This document shows positions 10,618 to 21,599 of a stretch of DNA of 64,000 nt, in pieces. Origin of the DNA: an uncultured Planctomycetota bacterium. Its GTDB lineage: Bacteria; Planctomycetota; Planctomycetia; Isosphaerales; Isosphaeraceae. The notes below the pieces were generated by a model. The model had not been told where the DNA came from. It made no database searches and saw nothing but the letters and a program-made list of their open reading frames with translations. The translations under genes were made by a program, and so were the position numbers. Location of the stretch: positions 864,001-928,000 of the forward strand of contig CAWGMQ010000006.1 of the NCBI GenBank assembly GCA_963823665.1, given 5' to 3'. How positions within the stretch are numbered: the first letter of the stretch is position 1; each line of letters starts with the position of its first letter.

Positions 10618-12126
10618 TCAGCCCGCGGAGAGATCGGGCACGACGAACGGCGCGCGGTAGTCGCGCCGTGACAGCTCATTAGCGGCGTCGGCGAAGGCGC
10701 CGACGAAGCGGCCGTTATTCGGGTCGAGGCTCACCAAGGGGCCGAGCGTGGTCGGGGTCGCAACGAGGTCCACGCCGTTCTCGCGCAGATAGTCGCGACA
10801 GCGCTCGAAGGCATCGTCCATCTCCGCTTTGCCCGAGATCGCGGTCCGGATGGCCTCGGGTGATAATTGTTTCCCGAGCCGGTGAGACACATTGGCCATG
10901 TGGCAGCAGGCGGTTGAGCGATGGCCCTCGAGCGCCTCGGCCGCCAGGTCACTCGACTTCCGACTGCGGACGGCGGCGAGAAAGGCGGAGAGATGGGCCA
11001 GTTCCAGCGCCTTGGGGCTGTCGCCCGCCCCGAGGTCGTGGACCTTCTTCCCCTGGCGATCGAACATCGCCCCACCGGAGCCGTCGCCGGCGAAGTAGCC
11101 CCCTTCGCAGTCGATCACGACGCCACGGTTCTGGCCCCGGAACTTGCCCATCGAGGCCGCACCCTTGCCGGCGCTCACGTTGCGGACCTCGCAAATGAGC
11201 GGGGCCGGCTGGAAATCCAGCAGCGCTATGTGGGTGTTGGCCGTCTCGCCGCAGTCGTGGAAAGCGAACCGGCCGCCGATGCTCATGGCGCGCGGGGGTG
11301 TTCGGTCTTGTCCCAGGGCCCAGCGGCATATATCGATGACGTGGATGCCGTTGTTCCCCATCTCGCCGTTGCCCGTATCCCAGAACCAGTGCCACTCGTA
11401 GTGCAATTGCTTGCGCATGAGCGGTTTCTTGGGGGCCGGGCCGCACCAGAGGTCGTAATTCAGCGTGCCCGGCGGCGGCGTGGGCACGTCGACCGACCCG
11501 ATACCGTCACGGGCGCGATAAACCAGCGCGTGGGCGAAGCGGATGGCCCCGAGCTCGCCGCCGCGCAGGCGGTCGAACACGCGCCGGAGGAACGTGCTCG
11601 ATCGGTTCTGGGTGCCGACCTGGACCATCCGGCCGTACTTGCGGGCAGCCGCCACCATCTGCTGCCCTTCCCACAGGTCATATGAGAACGGCTTCTCGAC
11701 ATAGACATCCTTGCCGGCCTGGCAGGCCCACACCGTCGCCAGAGCATGCCAGTGGTTGGGCAGGGCGACGATCACCGCGTCGACGCCCTTGTCGTCGAAG
11801 ACCTGGCGGGGATCGTGATACGCGGCGACCTTCCCCCCGTGCTCATGGGCTGCTTCGACTTCGCGATCGAGGTGCGCCTGATCGGCGTCGCAAAGCGCGA
11901 CGATGTTGACGCCCTTGATCTCGCGGAGCCGGCCGATGAGCTGATGGCCACGCCCGCCTACACCCCCGACGGCCGTGGTCGACCCCAGCCCGATGACGCC
12001 GAGATTCACCGCGTCGTTGGGGCCAACCGACCGGGGCCCGGCACCGAGCATCAAGCGCGGCATCCCGAGCGCGAGACCGGCCGTCATTGAACCCTTCAGA
12101 AAGCTCCGGCGTGGGATTGGTTTCAT
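10618..12126 (-). CDS. Gfo/Idh/MocA family oxidoreductase, Tat-exported
   Basis: RRSFLK signal; GVIGLG; PNHWHA; GKDVYVEKP; QVGTQNRS. Confidence 0.92.
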   Translation of the reverse strand: MKPIPRRSFLKGSMTAGLALGMPRLMLGAGPRSVGPNDAVNLGVIGLGSTTAVGGVGGRGHQLIGRLREIKGVNIVALCDADQAHLDREVEAAHEHGGKVAAYHDPRQVFDDKGVDAVIVALPNHWHALATVWACQAGKDVYVEKPFSYDLWEGQQMVAAARKYGRMVQVGTQNRSSTFLRRVFDRLRGGELGAIRFAHALVYRARDGIGSVDVPTPPPGTLNYDLWCGPAPKKPLMRKQLHYEWHWFWDTGNGEMGNNGIHVIDICRWALGQDRTPPRAMSIGGRFAFHDCGETANTHIALLDFQPAPLICEVRNVSAGKGAASMGKFRGQNRGVVIDCEGGYFAGDGSGGAMFDRQGKKVHDLGAGDSPKALELAHLSAFLAAVRSRKSSDLAAEALEGHRSTACCHMANVSHRLGKQLSPEAIRTAISGKAEMDDAFERCRDYLRENGVDLVATPTTLGPLVSLDPNNGRFVGAFADAANELSRRDYRAPFVVPDLSAG

Positions 12127-12487
12127 GTCGAATCTCACCATGGACCTGGGTTGCTTCGGTGTGAACGGACGCTCCCGGGGCTATGAGCCAACGGATCTGA
12201 CGTGGTCGCAGCCCGTCGAGCCATCACTCCGAGCCTAACCAGTGCACCGCGGTTCGTCGACCCACAACCGGGCGTGACCCGGCCGGAGTTCATCGGCCAC
12301 TCTGTCGAACCGCTGGAGCGCGGCGTGCCTGGACCGGTCTGCGACAAACCGCGTCACCGATTGAACTGCGGAGAATCCGCGCGGCTGGCGTCTGTGAGCG
12401 TGACACTGACAGCTCAGCCGGTGTAGATTTGGAGAGATCGGTCCTCAGGGCGCGGGGAGCGCCGCAACCAATCGGGGAACTGCAACA

Positions 12488-12620
12488 ATGAACGAAGACC
12501 TGGCCTCGGGTTTCCGGGATGTCGATCGCGCCCAAGATTTTGCGGTGTTCTCGAGTTGTCTGACCCTGGTCGAATCGATGCCTTTCTTCGGCGAGTGCAA
12601 GCGAGAGAGCTTTGACCTGG
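12488..12620 (+). pseudogene. N-terminal stub of a probable UbiE-like methyltransferase
   Basis: MNEDLASGFRDVDRAQDF...FFGECKRESFDL stops just before the expected SAM motif. Confidence 0.4.
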
Positions 12621-12645
12621 GCCAGTGGTTCGAGGAGGAGTTTCC

Positions 12646-13446
12646 ATGCGACGCAACGCGATTCTGATGGCGGGCCTGTTTGCGTGCCTGATCCCGGCCG
12701 GCACGTTCGCGCAGCAGGATCGGAAGACCGTCACGGTCGAGGTCTATCTGCCGGAGGATGCCCGGCTGTTTATCGAGGGTCAGGATACGAGGTCCAAGGG
12801 GCTGATGCGTCGCTTCGTGTCGCCGCCCTTGGCGCCGGGCAAGTACATCTACACCATCAAGGCGATCATTCCCGGCCCGAATGGGCCGCGAACGGTCACA
12901 CGCGAGCTCGACGTCCGGCCGGGCGACTTCGAATCGATCGACCTGCGCGAGCCGGGCAAACGGCCCATAACCGACGTCGAATATGAGCCAACGCCACAGA
13001 AGGTGGTCGATGCGCTCCTGCGGCTGGCCAAGGTAACGGGCAAGGACGTGGTCTGGGACCTCGGCTGCGGCGACGGACGCATCCCGGTGACGGCGGCCAA
13101 GGAGTACGGCTGCAAGGCGGTCGGTTTCGACATCGACCCCGAACGCGTCAAGGATTCCCTCGCCAAAGTGCGCAAGCACGGCGTGGAGCGGCTGGTCACG
13201 ATCGAAGAGCGCGACATCTTCAAGCTCGACCTGAGCAAAGGGCCGACGATCGTCACCCTCTATCTGCTGCCGCGTTTGAACGCCAAACTGTTGCCGCAGC
13301 TCCGGAAGCTGCCGCCGGGCGCGCGCGTCATTTCGATCGCGCACCGGATGGCCGACGTCAAGCCGGACGAGCACATCGTGGTTGATACGGAGCTGGGCGA
13401 GTTCGACGTCTATCTGTGGAAGGCAGAGACGCTACGAGGCAATTGA
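12646..13446 (+). CDS. TIGR03000-like domain plus class I SAM methyltransferase, with signal peptide
   Basis: GGAGGAG RBS; VYLPEDARLFIEG...RRFVSPPLAPGKYIYTIKA; WDLGCGDGRI; VTLYLLP. Confidence 0.85.
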   Translation: MRRNAILMAGLFACLIPAGTFAQQDRKTVTVEVYLPEDARLFIEGQDTRSKGLMRRFVSPPLAPGKYIYTIKAIIPGPNGPRTVTRELDVRPGDFESIDLREPGKRPITDVEYEPTPQKVVDALLRLAKVTGKDVVWDLGCGDGRIPVTAAKEYGCKAVGFDIDPERVKDSLAKVRKHGVERLVTIEERDIFKLDLSKGPTIVTLYLLPRLNAKLLPQLRKLPPGARVISIAHRMADVKPDEHIVVDTELGEFDVYLWKAETLRGN

Positions 13447-13457
13447 CCATTGCACGT

Positions 13458-14726
13458 TCAGGCCTGCGAACCAAGACTTCGCGCTCTCCGGGCCATCTCG
13501 CTTTCGGCGAAGGTGGCGGCGACGGTGAGGACGAACAGGCCGGCGAGCAGCCAGAGGGCGTGCGACGCGACATCCTCGACGAGGGGGGCCACGGGGTTGG
13601 CCCAGCCGAAGGCACGCTCCGCGAACCATGCGGCGGCGGCGACGCCGGTGAGCGCGGCGCCGGCGACGCGGAACGGCGCGTAGATGCGCGAGCGGGCCAG
13701 CAGCACCAGTGCGGGCATCGCTGCCAGGATCACCAGGAGCTGGAAGGCTTCGATGCCGAGATTGAAGCCCAGCACGCTCGAAACCAGGATCCAAGGATCG
13801 AAGCCGAAGCCGGTCAGCGTCGCCGCGAACGCCAGGCCGTGCACTAGCCCGAAGCCGCCGGCGATGAATACTTCCTTGCCGCGGAAGATCGGCACCAGGG
13901 CATGGACGGCCGAAAAAAGGATCGAGAGGGCGATGGCCGATTCGACCACGGCACCGGGCAGGCGCGCCCATCCCATAGCGCCAAGCACGAGCGTGACCGA
14001 ATGGCCGAGGGTGAACGCGGTCACTACCTTGAGTATTCGCCGGAAGGCTGTTCCCGCTCCTGCATAGCCGCCCCAGCGCCGGCCCGCCGCGACGAGCGGC
14101 GCAGGGAGGATCAGCGCGAGCAAGAACAGGAGGTGGTCGGTCCCCTCCGCGATGTGGCGCGCACCAAGGCGGAACATGGCGGCGAATCCACGGAACCAAC
14201 TGCCGCCGGACTGATCGATGGCGATCGCGGCATTGGTGTCGCGCATCGTCCCCAGGAGCACCGGATCTTCGCCGATCAAGCCACTGCGCCAGTCTCTGAC
14301 AAGCGTGACCACCGCCGTGTGCGTGATCAAATGGTGGAAGATCACGTCGTAACCGAGAGTCAGCCGATCCGCGGGCGCACCCGCTGGCGGGGTCATCGTC
14401 AACATCACCCGCACGTCAGGTTCCTGTTCGACGACCGGGATCACTTCGAGCACCGTCACCGTCCACGGCCGCCCATCGGGGGCGGACGGGCGAACATGCG
14501 CGCGAACGTAATCCTTGAGCTCTTCGCCGAATTGCTGCACCATCTGCACTGCATCCCTGGGCAACGGCTTCTCCCAGCCCACCGCGAGCTCGCTGACCGG
14601 CAGCGTCAACTCGGCGTCAATCCCTGCGCGATGGAGGCGCAGCACGACCGCCGAGCCCGGCATGGGATGGCCCCACGCCGGGAGCGCTGGTACCAAGAGT
14701 AGGAGGGCCGGGATGAGTCGTCGCAT
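13458..14726 (-). CDS. HupE/UreJ family membrane protein
   Basis: HIAEGTDHLLFLLAL, TAFTLGHSVTL, FGLVHGLAFA, FNLGIE. Confidence 0.9.
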   Translation of the reverse strand: MRRLIPALLLLVPALPAWGHPMPGSAVVLRLHRAGIDAELTLPVSELAVGWEKPLPRDAVQMVQQFGEELKDYVRAHVRPSAPDGRPWTVTVLEVIPVVEQEPDVRVMLTMTPPAGAPADRLTLGYDVIFHHLITHTAVVTLVRDWRSGLIGEDPVLLGTMRDTNAAIAIDQSGGSWFRGFAAMFRLGARHIAEGTDHLLFLLALILPAPLVAAGRRWGGYAGAGTAFRRILKVVTAFTLGHSVTLVLGAMGWARLPGAVVESAIALSILFSAVHALVPIFRGKEVFIAGGFGLVHGLAFAATLTGFGFDPWILVSSVLGFNLGIEAFQLLVILAAMPALVLLARSRIYAPFRVAGAALTGVAAAAWFAERAFGWANPVAPLVEDVASHALWLLAGLFVLTVAATFAESEMARRARSLGSQA

Positions 14727-14733
14727 CGGGGCC

Positions 14734-15864
14734 TCAGAAGGAAAATTCGGCGCCGTAGTCGGTCAGACGGTCTCGCCAGATCGTGTGGACGTGGTCGCTG
14801 CCCTGTATGGCGAACTCAATCCAGACGCGTGGTCCGTCGAGACGCACGTAGTCTCCTCGATCGCTCAGGTTCGTCGAACCGGAGTACGACACTTTGACCT
14901 TGTCGAGCTCGGCCTCGTAAAGCTTGCGGTATTCTGCGCCCTGGGGGCTATCACCCGTCCATGCCGCGATCGCTTTCTTGACGAAACCTTTCGAGGCATC
15001 GGAAAGCTCGGAGACCCGCACACCCTCTCTCTTGGCGGGGAACTTGCCGTCTTTGCCGGGGCCGACGTAGACATCGTTGAACCGCGCTTCGAGCTTCGCC
15101 TGTTTCGACTGATCGGGGGTGAGGGAGCCAAGCAAGCCTTGCAGGGATTCGCGCATCGGGGCGAGCGGTTCGTGCGTCTTGCCTTGATCGTCCTTCCAGA
15201 CTGTCGGCTGCGCGGCAACGTGGTAAGGAGTCGCGGCGCCGGACGTTCCTTTGTAGTAGAGATTGATGGCGAGATGGTGACCGCCCAGTTGCAGAATCCA
15301 GGGTGTGGTCTTCGACGGCTTGCCCAGGAAGGCGATCATGTAGTTCATCGCCCCGAAGTTCATGCCGCCACCTCCGCCCTTCTTCTTGGCGACTCCGCCA
15401 CCTTTCTTTTGATCAGGACCGCCGCCGGGGCCTCGGCCGCCTCTCCCTCCTTTGGCGAACGCGTCGTCGGCCGCGCGGACTTCCTGGTATCGTGCGAAAC
15501 CCTCCTCGCCAAGGGCAACCCGGGCGACTTTGAGGGCCGCGTCGACCTGCTCGGGTTTGAGGTCGCGGAAGAAGACGCCGTTGCGCACATTGGACCCACC
15601 CGGAAAGTTTGTCCACCGGACGGCGAGTCGCGGCGTGAGCTCGATCTGGGCGGTGGCGCGTTGCTCCGGTGTGAGCGTGGCCAGGAACGCCTCCCCGGCG
15701 TCCACGACGTCGGCCGCCTTCGGCGAGCCCAGCAAGTCAGGGGCGGCCGCAGCCTGAGTTGCCGGAGCAGCCGCCTGGGGTGCAACGGAGCCGAGGTTGG
15801 CCGCGATCAGGCCAAGCGGCAGCGTGCCGGCCGCGGCGAGGGCGAGAAGGGTCGGTTTGTTCAT
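14734..15864 (-). CDS. DUF3500 domain protein
   Basis: Signal peptide; WTNFPG...RNG; LQLGGHHLAIN; YVRLDGPRVWIEF; HVHTIWRD...DYG. Confidence 0.85.
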   Translation of the reverse strand: MNKPTLLALAAAGTLPLGLIAANLGSVAPQAAAPATQAAAAPDLLGSPKAADVVDAGEAFLATLTPEQRATAQIELTPRLAVRWTNFPGGSNVRNGVFFRDLKPEQVDAALKVARVALGEEGFARYQEVRAADDAFAKGGRGGRGPGGGPDQKKGGGVAKKKGGGGGMNFGAMNYMIAFLGKPSKTTPWILQLGGHHLAINLYYKGTSGAATPYHVAAQPTVWKDDQGKTHEPLAPMRESLQGLLGSLTPDQSKQAKLEARFNDVYVGPGKDGKFPAKREGVRVSELSDASKGFVKKAIAAWTGDSPQGAEYRKLYEAELDKVKVSYSGSTNLSDRGDYVRLDGPRVWIEFAIQGSDHVHTIWRDRLTDYGAEFSF

Positions 15865-16238
15865 TCGACGTGCTCCTGTTCTCTGTCACTCGAGCGAGGG
15901 ATTGCGTTCGCGAATGGTATCAGCGCCCTCCTCGAGACGGGAGATACATTCTCGTAAAATCTGCTTCATCTTCGCCCGTAGTCTGCCCCACGGCGCACGA
16001 CGTCGATGAGGTCGGCGCGCGCGGCCTCGCCGCCGGCGCCGAGCTATATCCGTGCAACAGAGCCATGCGGCGGCCATCCCCGGAGCCAGGGCGTGATGAC
16101 GAAACTGCCGGATCGTTTCCGGATGAATTCGGCGTGATGATGGCACGGACGGCTGATAACATCGCTAACTTTCTGGTAAGGCTGATGCAGTGATCCTTCC
16201 GTCGAATGATGGGCCCGAACACCAGGGAGACCGAACCG

Positions 16239-17265
16239 ATGAGTCATCTGATCCTACTTGCGTTCTCGATGCTACTTCAGGCCGCACCCCAGGATGCGCC
16301 CACAGCGGCTTTGCCCAAGGTCCACAAAATTGCCGTTGGAGGCGAGGGTGGCTGGGACTATCTCACGGTCGACTCGGAGGCGCGGCGGCTGTATGTCTCG
16401 CGAGGCGATCGGGTCACCGTGCTCAACCTCGACACGGAAGCCGTCGTTGGCGAGCTGGCGGGCACGCCTGGCGTCCACGGGATTGCGGTCGTGCCGGAGC
16501 TCGGCAAGGGGTTCACCAGCAACGGCAGGGATAGCAGTGTGACGGTCTTCGACCTCAAGACCCTGAAGGCAACCAACAAGATCAAGGCTAGCGGCGTGCC
16601 CGACGCGATCCTCTACGACCCGTCGAGCAAGCGCGTGATCACCTTCAACCACAGCACCAACGACGGGACCTCGATTGACCCTGACACGGAAAAGGTCGCC
16701 GGCACGATCCCCTTCGGGGGCGAGCCCGAGGCGGCCGTTGCCGATGGGAGGGGGCACATCTTCGTCAACATCCGGAGGCTCTAGCGAGGTGCTCGAGTTC
16801 GACGCGCTCTCGCTGAAGATCCTCAATCGCTGGCCGCTGGCGCCCGGACAGAGGCCGAACGGACTGGCCATCGACGCCAAGAACCGCCGGCTGTTCAGCG
16901 GCTGCAACGGCAATTCCAAGATGGTGGTGATGGACGCCGACAAGGGAACCGTGATCGCCCTAGTCGACATCGGCCGAGGCTCGGACGGCTGCGGCTTCGA
17001 TCCGACGAAGGGCCTGGCCTACAGCTCCAACGGCGGCGAAGGCACCGTGACCATGATCGGCGAGGCCGAGCCGGGCAAGTTCAAGGTCGTCGCGACGGTG
17101 CCCACCCAGGCGACCGCCCGGACGATGACCGTCGACCCGAAGACGCATCGCCTCTACCTGTCAGCCGCGACCCCGGCTCCCGCCGCCGCCGGTGCCCAAC
17201 AGACGAAAGGCGGTCGAAGAGGCAACGTCCCAGGCTCATTCGTGATCGTTGTGGTCGGCGATTGA
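16239..17265 (+). CDS. YncE/YVTN-type beta-propeller protein (frameshift near 16780)
   Basis: GGEGGWDYLTVD...RRLYVSR; GVHGIA; continues in another frame PNGLAID...ARTMTVDPKTHRLYL. Confidence 0.85.
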
Positions 17266-20200
17266 TTTCGGCCCATCACAACCGCAGGACGCGATCAGGT
17301 TGTGAAACGCCTTGGTTATGTGATGGTCTCGGCCGAAGCGTGGTAGGGCACGCTCGAGCCCCTCGCGTAGCCATCGGCATGCCTCGGACTGGTCGCTGTT
17401 GCCGATCGCGAACCTGGCGATTGACAGGAGCGTGCTGAACGTTGTCGGATGATCGCGGCCCAGCACCCGCTCCACATCCGGCAGCAGCTTGGCGAACAGT
17501 CGCAGGGCCTCCTCGCTTTCGCCCAGCTCGCCGGTCCAGTCTGCGACGTTGCTACGGGTCGTGAGCGCATGAGCGTGATCGCGACCCAGCACTCCCTCCT
17601 GATCCGGCAACAGTTCGCCAAATAGCCGCAACGCTTCCCACCCGTTGCCCACACGGCCGGTCCAGGTCGCGACGTTGCTGCGCGTGTCGAGCGTGTCGGG
17701 ATGGTCGGGTCCGAGTTTCCGCTCCTGGTGCGACAGCAGCTCGGGGAACAGCCGAAGCACCTCCCAACATTCGCCCACGTCGCCGTTCATGCTCGCGATC
17801 GTACTTCGAGTATGGAGCGTTTGCTTATCGCCGGGCCCGAGCAGCCGCTCCTGGTCGGAACGCAGCTCCGTGAGTAGCCGCAGCGCCCGCCGTTTCTTGC
17901 CCAATACGGCGGACCACCGCGCGATGTTGCCGCGAGTGTAGAGTGCGTCTTTGTGATCGCGGCCCAGCAGCCGCTGCTGATCTTTGAGCAATTGGGTGGA
18001 CAGCCGACGTGCGTTCCGCACGTCGCCCAGCTCCCCGGTGCAGTACGCGATGTTGCTGCGGGTCCGAAGCGTGTCGGCGCGGTCGTGGCCCAGCACGCGC
18101 TCCTGGTCCGGCAGCAGCAAGGTGAACAGCCGCAGCGCCTCCCTCGACTCTCCGACGTCTCTGGTACAAACCGCGATCTTCCCGCGCGTCTGGAGCGTGT
18201 CCGCGTGACTCTGGCCCAAGACTCGCTCCTGGTCCGGCAGCAGCAAGGTGAACAGCCGCAGCGCCTCCCGTGCGTCGCCCAATTGGTGAGTCGCAAAGGC
18301 GATGGCGCTGCGGGTCTTGAGCGTGAGTTCGTCGTCGCGACCTAGCACGCGCTCCTGGTCGGCCGGAAGTTCCGCGAACAGCCGCAACGCGCCGGGCAGG
18401 TCGCCTGCACAGGCCGTGCTGGCCGCGACCATCATGCGGCGCAGAAGCGTGAGGCGAGCCGTCAGGTCGTCGTGGCCGAGCTTGCCCCAGGCGTCCGGTA
18501 GCAGTGTGTGCAACTGCCGCGACACCTCGAGTATCTCGTCCACATCTTTGATCGAGGATGCGATTCTGAAACGTGTTCGAAGCGTCCGCGGGTCATTGCG
18601 TCCCAGAATGCGCTCCTGGTCGGCCAGCAGCGCCCTGAACAGCCGCGACGCCTCCGGCGCGTCGCCAAGCTCGGCCGTGCAGGAGGCGATGTCGAATCGT
18701 GTGTTGAGCGAGTCGGAATGGTCACTGCCCAGTAGCCGCTGCTGGTCCGGCAGCAGCTCACAGTAGAGCCGCAGCGCCTCGCGCGCGTCGCCCAGTTGGC
18801 CGGTCCAATACGCGATGCAGTTGCGGACCCAGAGATTGTCGGCGTGGTCATGGCCCAGCACTCGCTCCTGGTCCGGCAGCAGCTCGGCGAATACCCGCAG
18901 AGCTTCCCGCCCCTCGCCCAGGTTCCCGGTCCAATGTGCGATGTAGCCGCGCGTTTTGAATGAATCAGCGTGGTCGGGGCCCACTGCTCGCTCCTGGTCC
19001 GACAGTAGCTCGGCAAACTGCCGAAGGGCTCCCCGCGCGTCGCCCATTGCGCCCGTGCAGAAAGCGATGCGGCCGCGCGTAGTCAGCGTCATGGGGTGGT
19101 CGGGGCCCAGCGCGTGCTCCTGCTCCGGCAACAGTTCAGCGCTCAATCGCAGCGCTTCCTGGTAATTGCCGGATCGGCCTGACCACCCGGCGATCGCACC
19201 GCGCAGATCCAGGATGTGGGGCGTATTCTCGTCGAATCGCTGGCGAAACCGAGGGATCCACTCCTGCAAGCGTCGGAGAGTCTCCTGAGGGTCGGGCAGT
19301 TCGCGGCTGCGCAGGGATGCCAAAGTACGCACGGCGTCGCCGAGCGCCCACAGGTGATCCGCCTCGCGGAGCATCGCGTAACGGTGAATGGGGTCGTGTC
19401 GGTTTTGTTTGGCCGTCGCGGCCAGCGCGTCGATCGCCTGGATCATCGCCTCGTGCATTGCTCTCGCATCGAGCGGAAACCCGGCGCAGGTGGCCGATGG
19501 GTCGAGTAGATACTCGGCCAGGGAGGCGTGGAACATGCCCGCGTGCTCGTCCGTGGCGCCCGCATCCCGGCGTGCGACAAGGCCGCCCAGGCGGTCCAGG
19601 ACCTCGCGGACGCCGTCCGAGCCCTCTGGACCGCCCAGGTTCTGGCACGCTTGCGCGAGCAGTGAAAGCGGCAGCACCGGGCCTTCTCCGGCGAGCGCCA
19701 GCAGGCCGAGCATCAGGCTGAATGTGTGGTTCGACGCGCCGGATGGCCGGGCTTGGTCGAGCAGCTTCGCATAAACCTCGTTCACCGAGCTCGGCATTCG
19801 CGCGAGGTCGATCGCTGGATCGCTCTGGATCAAGTCTGCCAGCAGACGGGTGAGGAGCCAGTGGCCTCCGGCTCGATTGTGGAGGGCAGGACGTGCGGAG
19901 GCCGGGACCTGGCGGTTGGTTAGGTAGCGTTCGAGGGGATCGCGCGCGGTCAGCCCATGGTCAAGTGTGAATCCCGAAGGGCAGCCCGGTGTGTCGGGCC
20001 GCGCGGTGATGACAATGCGAAGGTTCTCGGGCCACGCCGCGACTGCCTCGCGGACCGCATCGCGCGTTAATTCCGGTAGTCGCTCGAAACCGTCCAGCAC
20101 GATTCGAAGCTCCGGTTTCTGATCCAGGTACGCGAGCGGCTGGAGCACTTTCCGCGCGAGGGCGTCCAACTTCTCGCGCTCTGCAAGCGGGACGCTCCGA

Positions 20201-20550
20201 CCGAACTCGGCAACGGCCTCGGCGAATCCCGGCACCGAGCCACAGAGCTGGCGCTCCAGGTCGTCGCCAAGGCTCGCCGGATTGGTGTCGCGACTGAGAA
20301 TCGCAATGGCATGCACGAAACGGTCCGGGACACTGCCGCCGGCGATCTCCGGCCGCGCCAGCGCCGTCGCCAGGCTCGACTTGCCGGCGCCCGCCTTGCC
20401 TGTCAGCACGACGACCCGGTGTAACCGGCTTGCTTCGACCAGAGCATCGAGCTGCGTCGTGGGCTGGAACAACCAGGAGCGTGCCACGATGTGGGCTCGT
20501 CCCGCACTGTCCTGCCAGCAGAACTCATCGGGGCCGCGGCGCGAGGCCAT
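17236..20550 (-). CDS. STAND/NACHT-like NTPase with ~42-aa TPR repeats; N-terminus probably truncated
   Basis: Walker A GKAGAGKSS; Walker B IVLDGFE; many LLPDQERVLGxDHxDTLxTRxxIA repeats. Confidence 0.85.
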   Translation of the reverse strand: MASRRGPDEFCWQDSAGRAHIVARSWLFQPTTQLDALVEASRLHRVVVLTGKAGAGKSSLATALARPEIAGGSVPDRFVHAIAILSRDTNPASLGDDLERQLCGSVPGFAEAVAEFGRSVPLAEREKLDALARKVLQPLAYLDQKPELRIVLDGFERLPELTRDAVREAVAAWPENLRIVITARPDTPGCPSGFTLDHGLTARDPLERYLTNRQVPASARPALHNRAGGHWLLTRLLADLIQSDPAIDLARMPSSVNEVYAKLLDQARPSGASNHTFSLMLGLLALAGEGPVLPLSLLAQACQNLGGPEGSDGVREVLDRLGGLVARRDAGATDEHAGMFHASLAEYLLDPSATCAGFPLDARAMHEAMIQAIDALAATAKQNRHDPIHRYAMLREADHLWALGDAVRTLASLRSRELPDPQETLRRLQEWIPRFRQRFDENTPHILDLRGAIAGWSGRSGNYQEALRLSAELLPEQEHALGPDHPMTLTTRGRIAFCTGAMGDARGALRQFAELLSDQERAVGPDHADSFKTRGYIAHWTGNLGEGREALRVFAELLPDQERVLGHDHADNLWVRNCIAYWTGQLGDAREALRLYCELLPDQQRLLGSDHSDSLNTRFDIASCTAELGDAPEASRLFRALLADQERILGRNDPRTLRTRFRIASSIKDVDEILEVSRQLHTLLPDAWGKLGHDDLTARLTLLRRMMVAASTACAGDLPGALRLFAELPADQERVLGRDDELTLKTRSAIAFATHQLGDAREALRLFTLLLPDQERVLGQSHADTLQTRGKIAVCTRDVGESREALRLFTLLLPDQERVLGHDRADTLRTRSNIAYCTGELGDVRNARRLSTQLLKDQQRLLGRDHKDALYTRGNIARWSAVLGKKRRALRLLTELRSDQERLLGPGDKQTLHTRSTIASMNGDVGECWEVLRLFPELLSHQERKLGPDHPDTLDTRSNVATWTGRVGNGWEALRLFGELLPDQEGVLGRDHAHALTTRSNVADWTGELGESEEALRLFAKLLPDVERVLGRDHPTTFSTLLSIARFAIGNSDQSEACRWLREGLERALPRFGRDHHITKAFHNLIASCGCDGPKSIADHNDHE

Positions 20551-20735
20551 TCTCGTTCGCCCTTCCGAATCCGAAAGGGGGTCGCAATGATGTCATCATT
20601 TTCGATTGTGCCACTGCATTCGCTGGCCGTCCAGCCAGGATCCTCGCTCAGCCCGAGTCGCAGGTTGGTCGCGTGCCGGCCGAGGACTACCTCGCCCGCC
20701 CGCGCCGCGTCGCAGGGCTCACACGACAACGGTGC

Positions 20736-21599
20736 TCAGGACCGCGATTCGAAGTGGATGCCTGATGGGCCGATAGAAACCGCGAACTGGTTGGCGCCCG
20801 CGTCGAGCGGGTCCCGTTTGTGTGCAGGAGAAGAATCGGGCATCGCGAACGGGGATGCCCCGAAGTACCGGCTCCAGCGCGAGCGCACGTCCTGGGGTAG
20901 CGAGCGCCACCACCGCCACGCCTTGCCGGTCGACGTCTCGTTCGATTTCGCGCCGGCAGGCGCCGGCTCGCCCAGGCTCGCGTAATGGACTTCGTACTGG
21001 GTGCGGAAGGCGACTGTCGGCCGGGAGCAATGGGCGTGAGGAATTCGCCGCGCGACGATCGACCGCCAGAACACCCGGTCGCCCACCGGGCCAAGCTCCA
21101 CAGGCATCATCACCCAGACCGGCAACAACTCGAAGGCGGCTCGAGTCACGAAATAGCAACTTGTATCAACATGCGTAATGCCATCACACTCCGTTTTATC
21201 TTGAAACATGAGTGAGCCATCCTGGCGATGGATGCTACGGGTCGCCGTGCAAACGGCGGCCCCTGTCCGGCGGTGCAGGTCGACCATGGATTCGATGTGA
21301 TCAGGATAGTACCAGTTATCCGCGTCAAGGAAGGCGACGGCATCGTAGCCTTGATTCATCGCCGAGAGCGCGCCCAGCGCGCGAGCGGTGTTCCCCACGT
21401 CGTGATGCGGCCCGGTCAAGCTCAGGTGTTCGACCGCCCAGCGCGACACCTCGTCGCACGGGTGTCCGTCGGCGGCCATGAAATGCACGCAGGGGTGGGT
21501 TTGCCGGAGCACACTCTCGTGACAATGCCGCAGGATCGCGAGCGGCTCGCGGAAGTAGGGTGTGATCACCGCGACACGTACGGGCGCCCGAGTACCCAT
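20736..21599 (-). CDS. Glycosyltransferase family 2
   Basis: VAVITPYF...SVLRQT; AFLDADNW. Confidence 0.85.
   Translation of the reverse strand: MGTRAPVRVAVITPYFREPLAILRHCHESVLRQTHPCVHFMAADGHPCDEVSRWAVEHLSLTGPHHDVGNTARALGALSAMNQGYDAVAFLDADNWYYPDHIESMVDLHRRTGAAVCTATRSIHRQDGSLMFQDKTECDGITHVDTSCYFVTRAAFELLPVWVMMPVELGPVGDRVFWRSIVARRIPHAHCSRPTVAFRTQYEVHYASLGEPAPAGAKSNETSTGKAWRWWRSLPQDVRSRWSRYFGASPFAMPDSSPAHKRDPLDAGANQFAVSIGPSGIHFESRS

Noticed and set aside
14515..15957. Long antisense ORFs (e.g. 14515-15957, 31035-32648, 8455-9567)
   Set aside because: Shadows of real genes in high-GC DNA; no recognisable motifs
17300..19150. 126-bp DNA repeat array
   Set aside because: Explained by 42-aa TPR coding repeats
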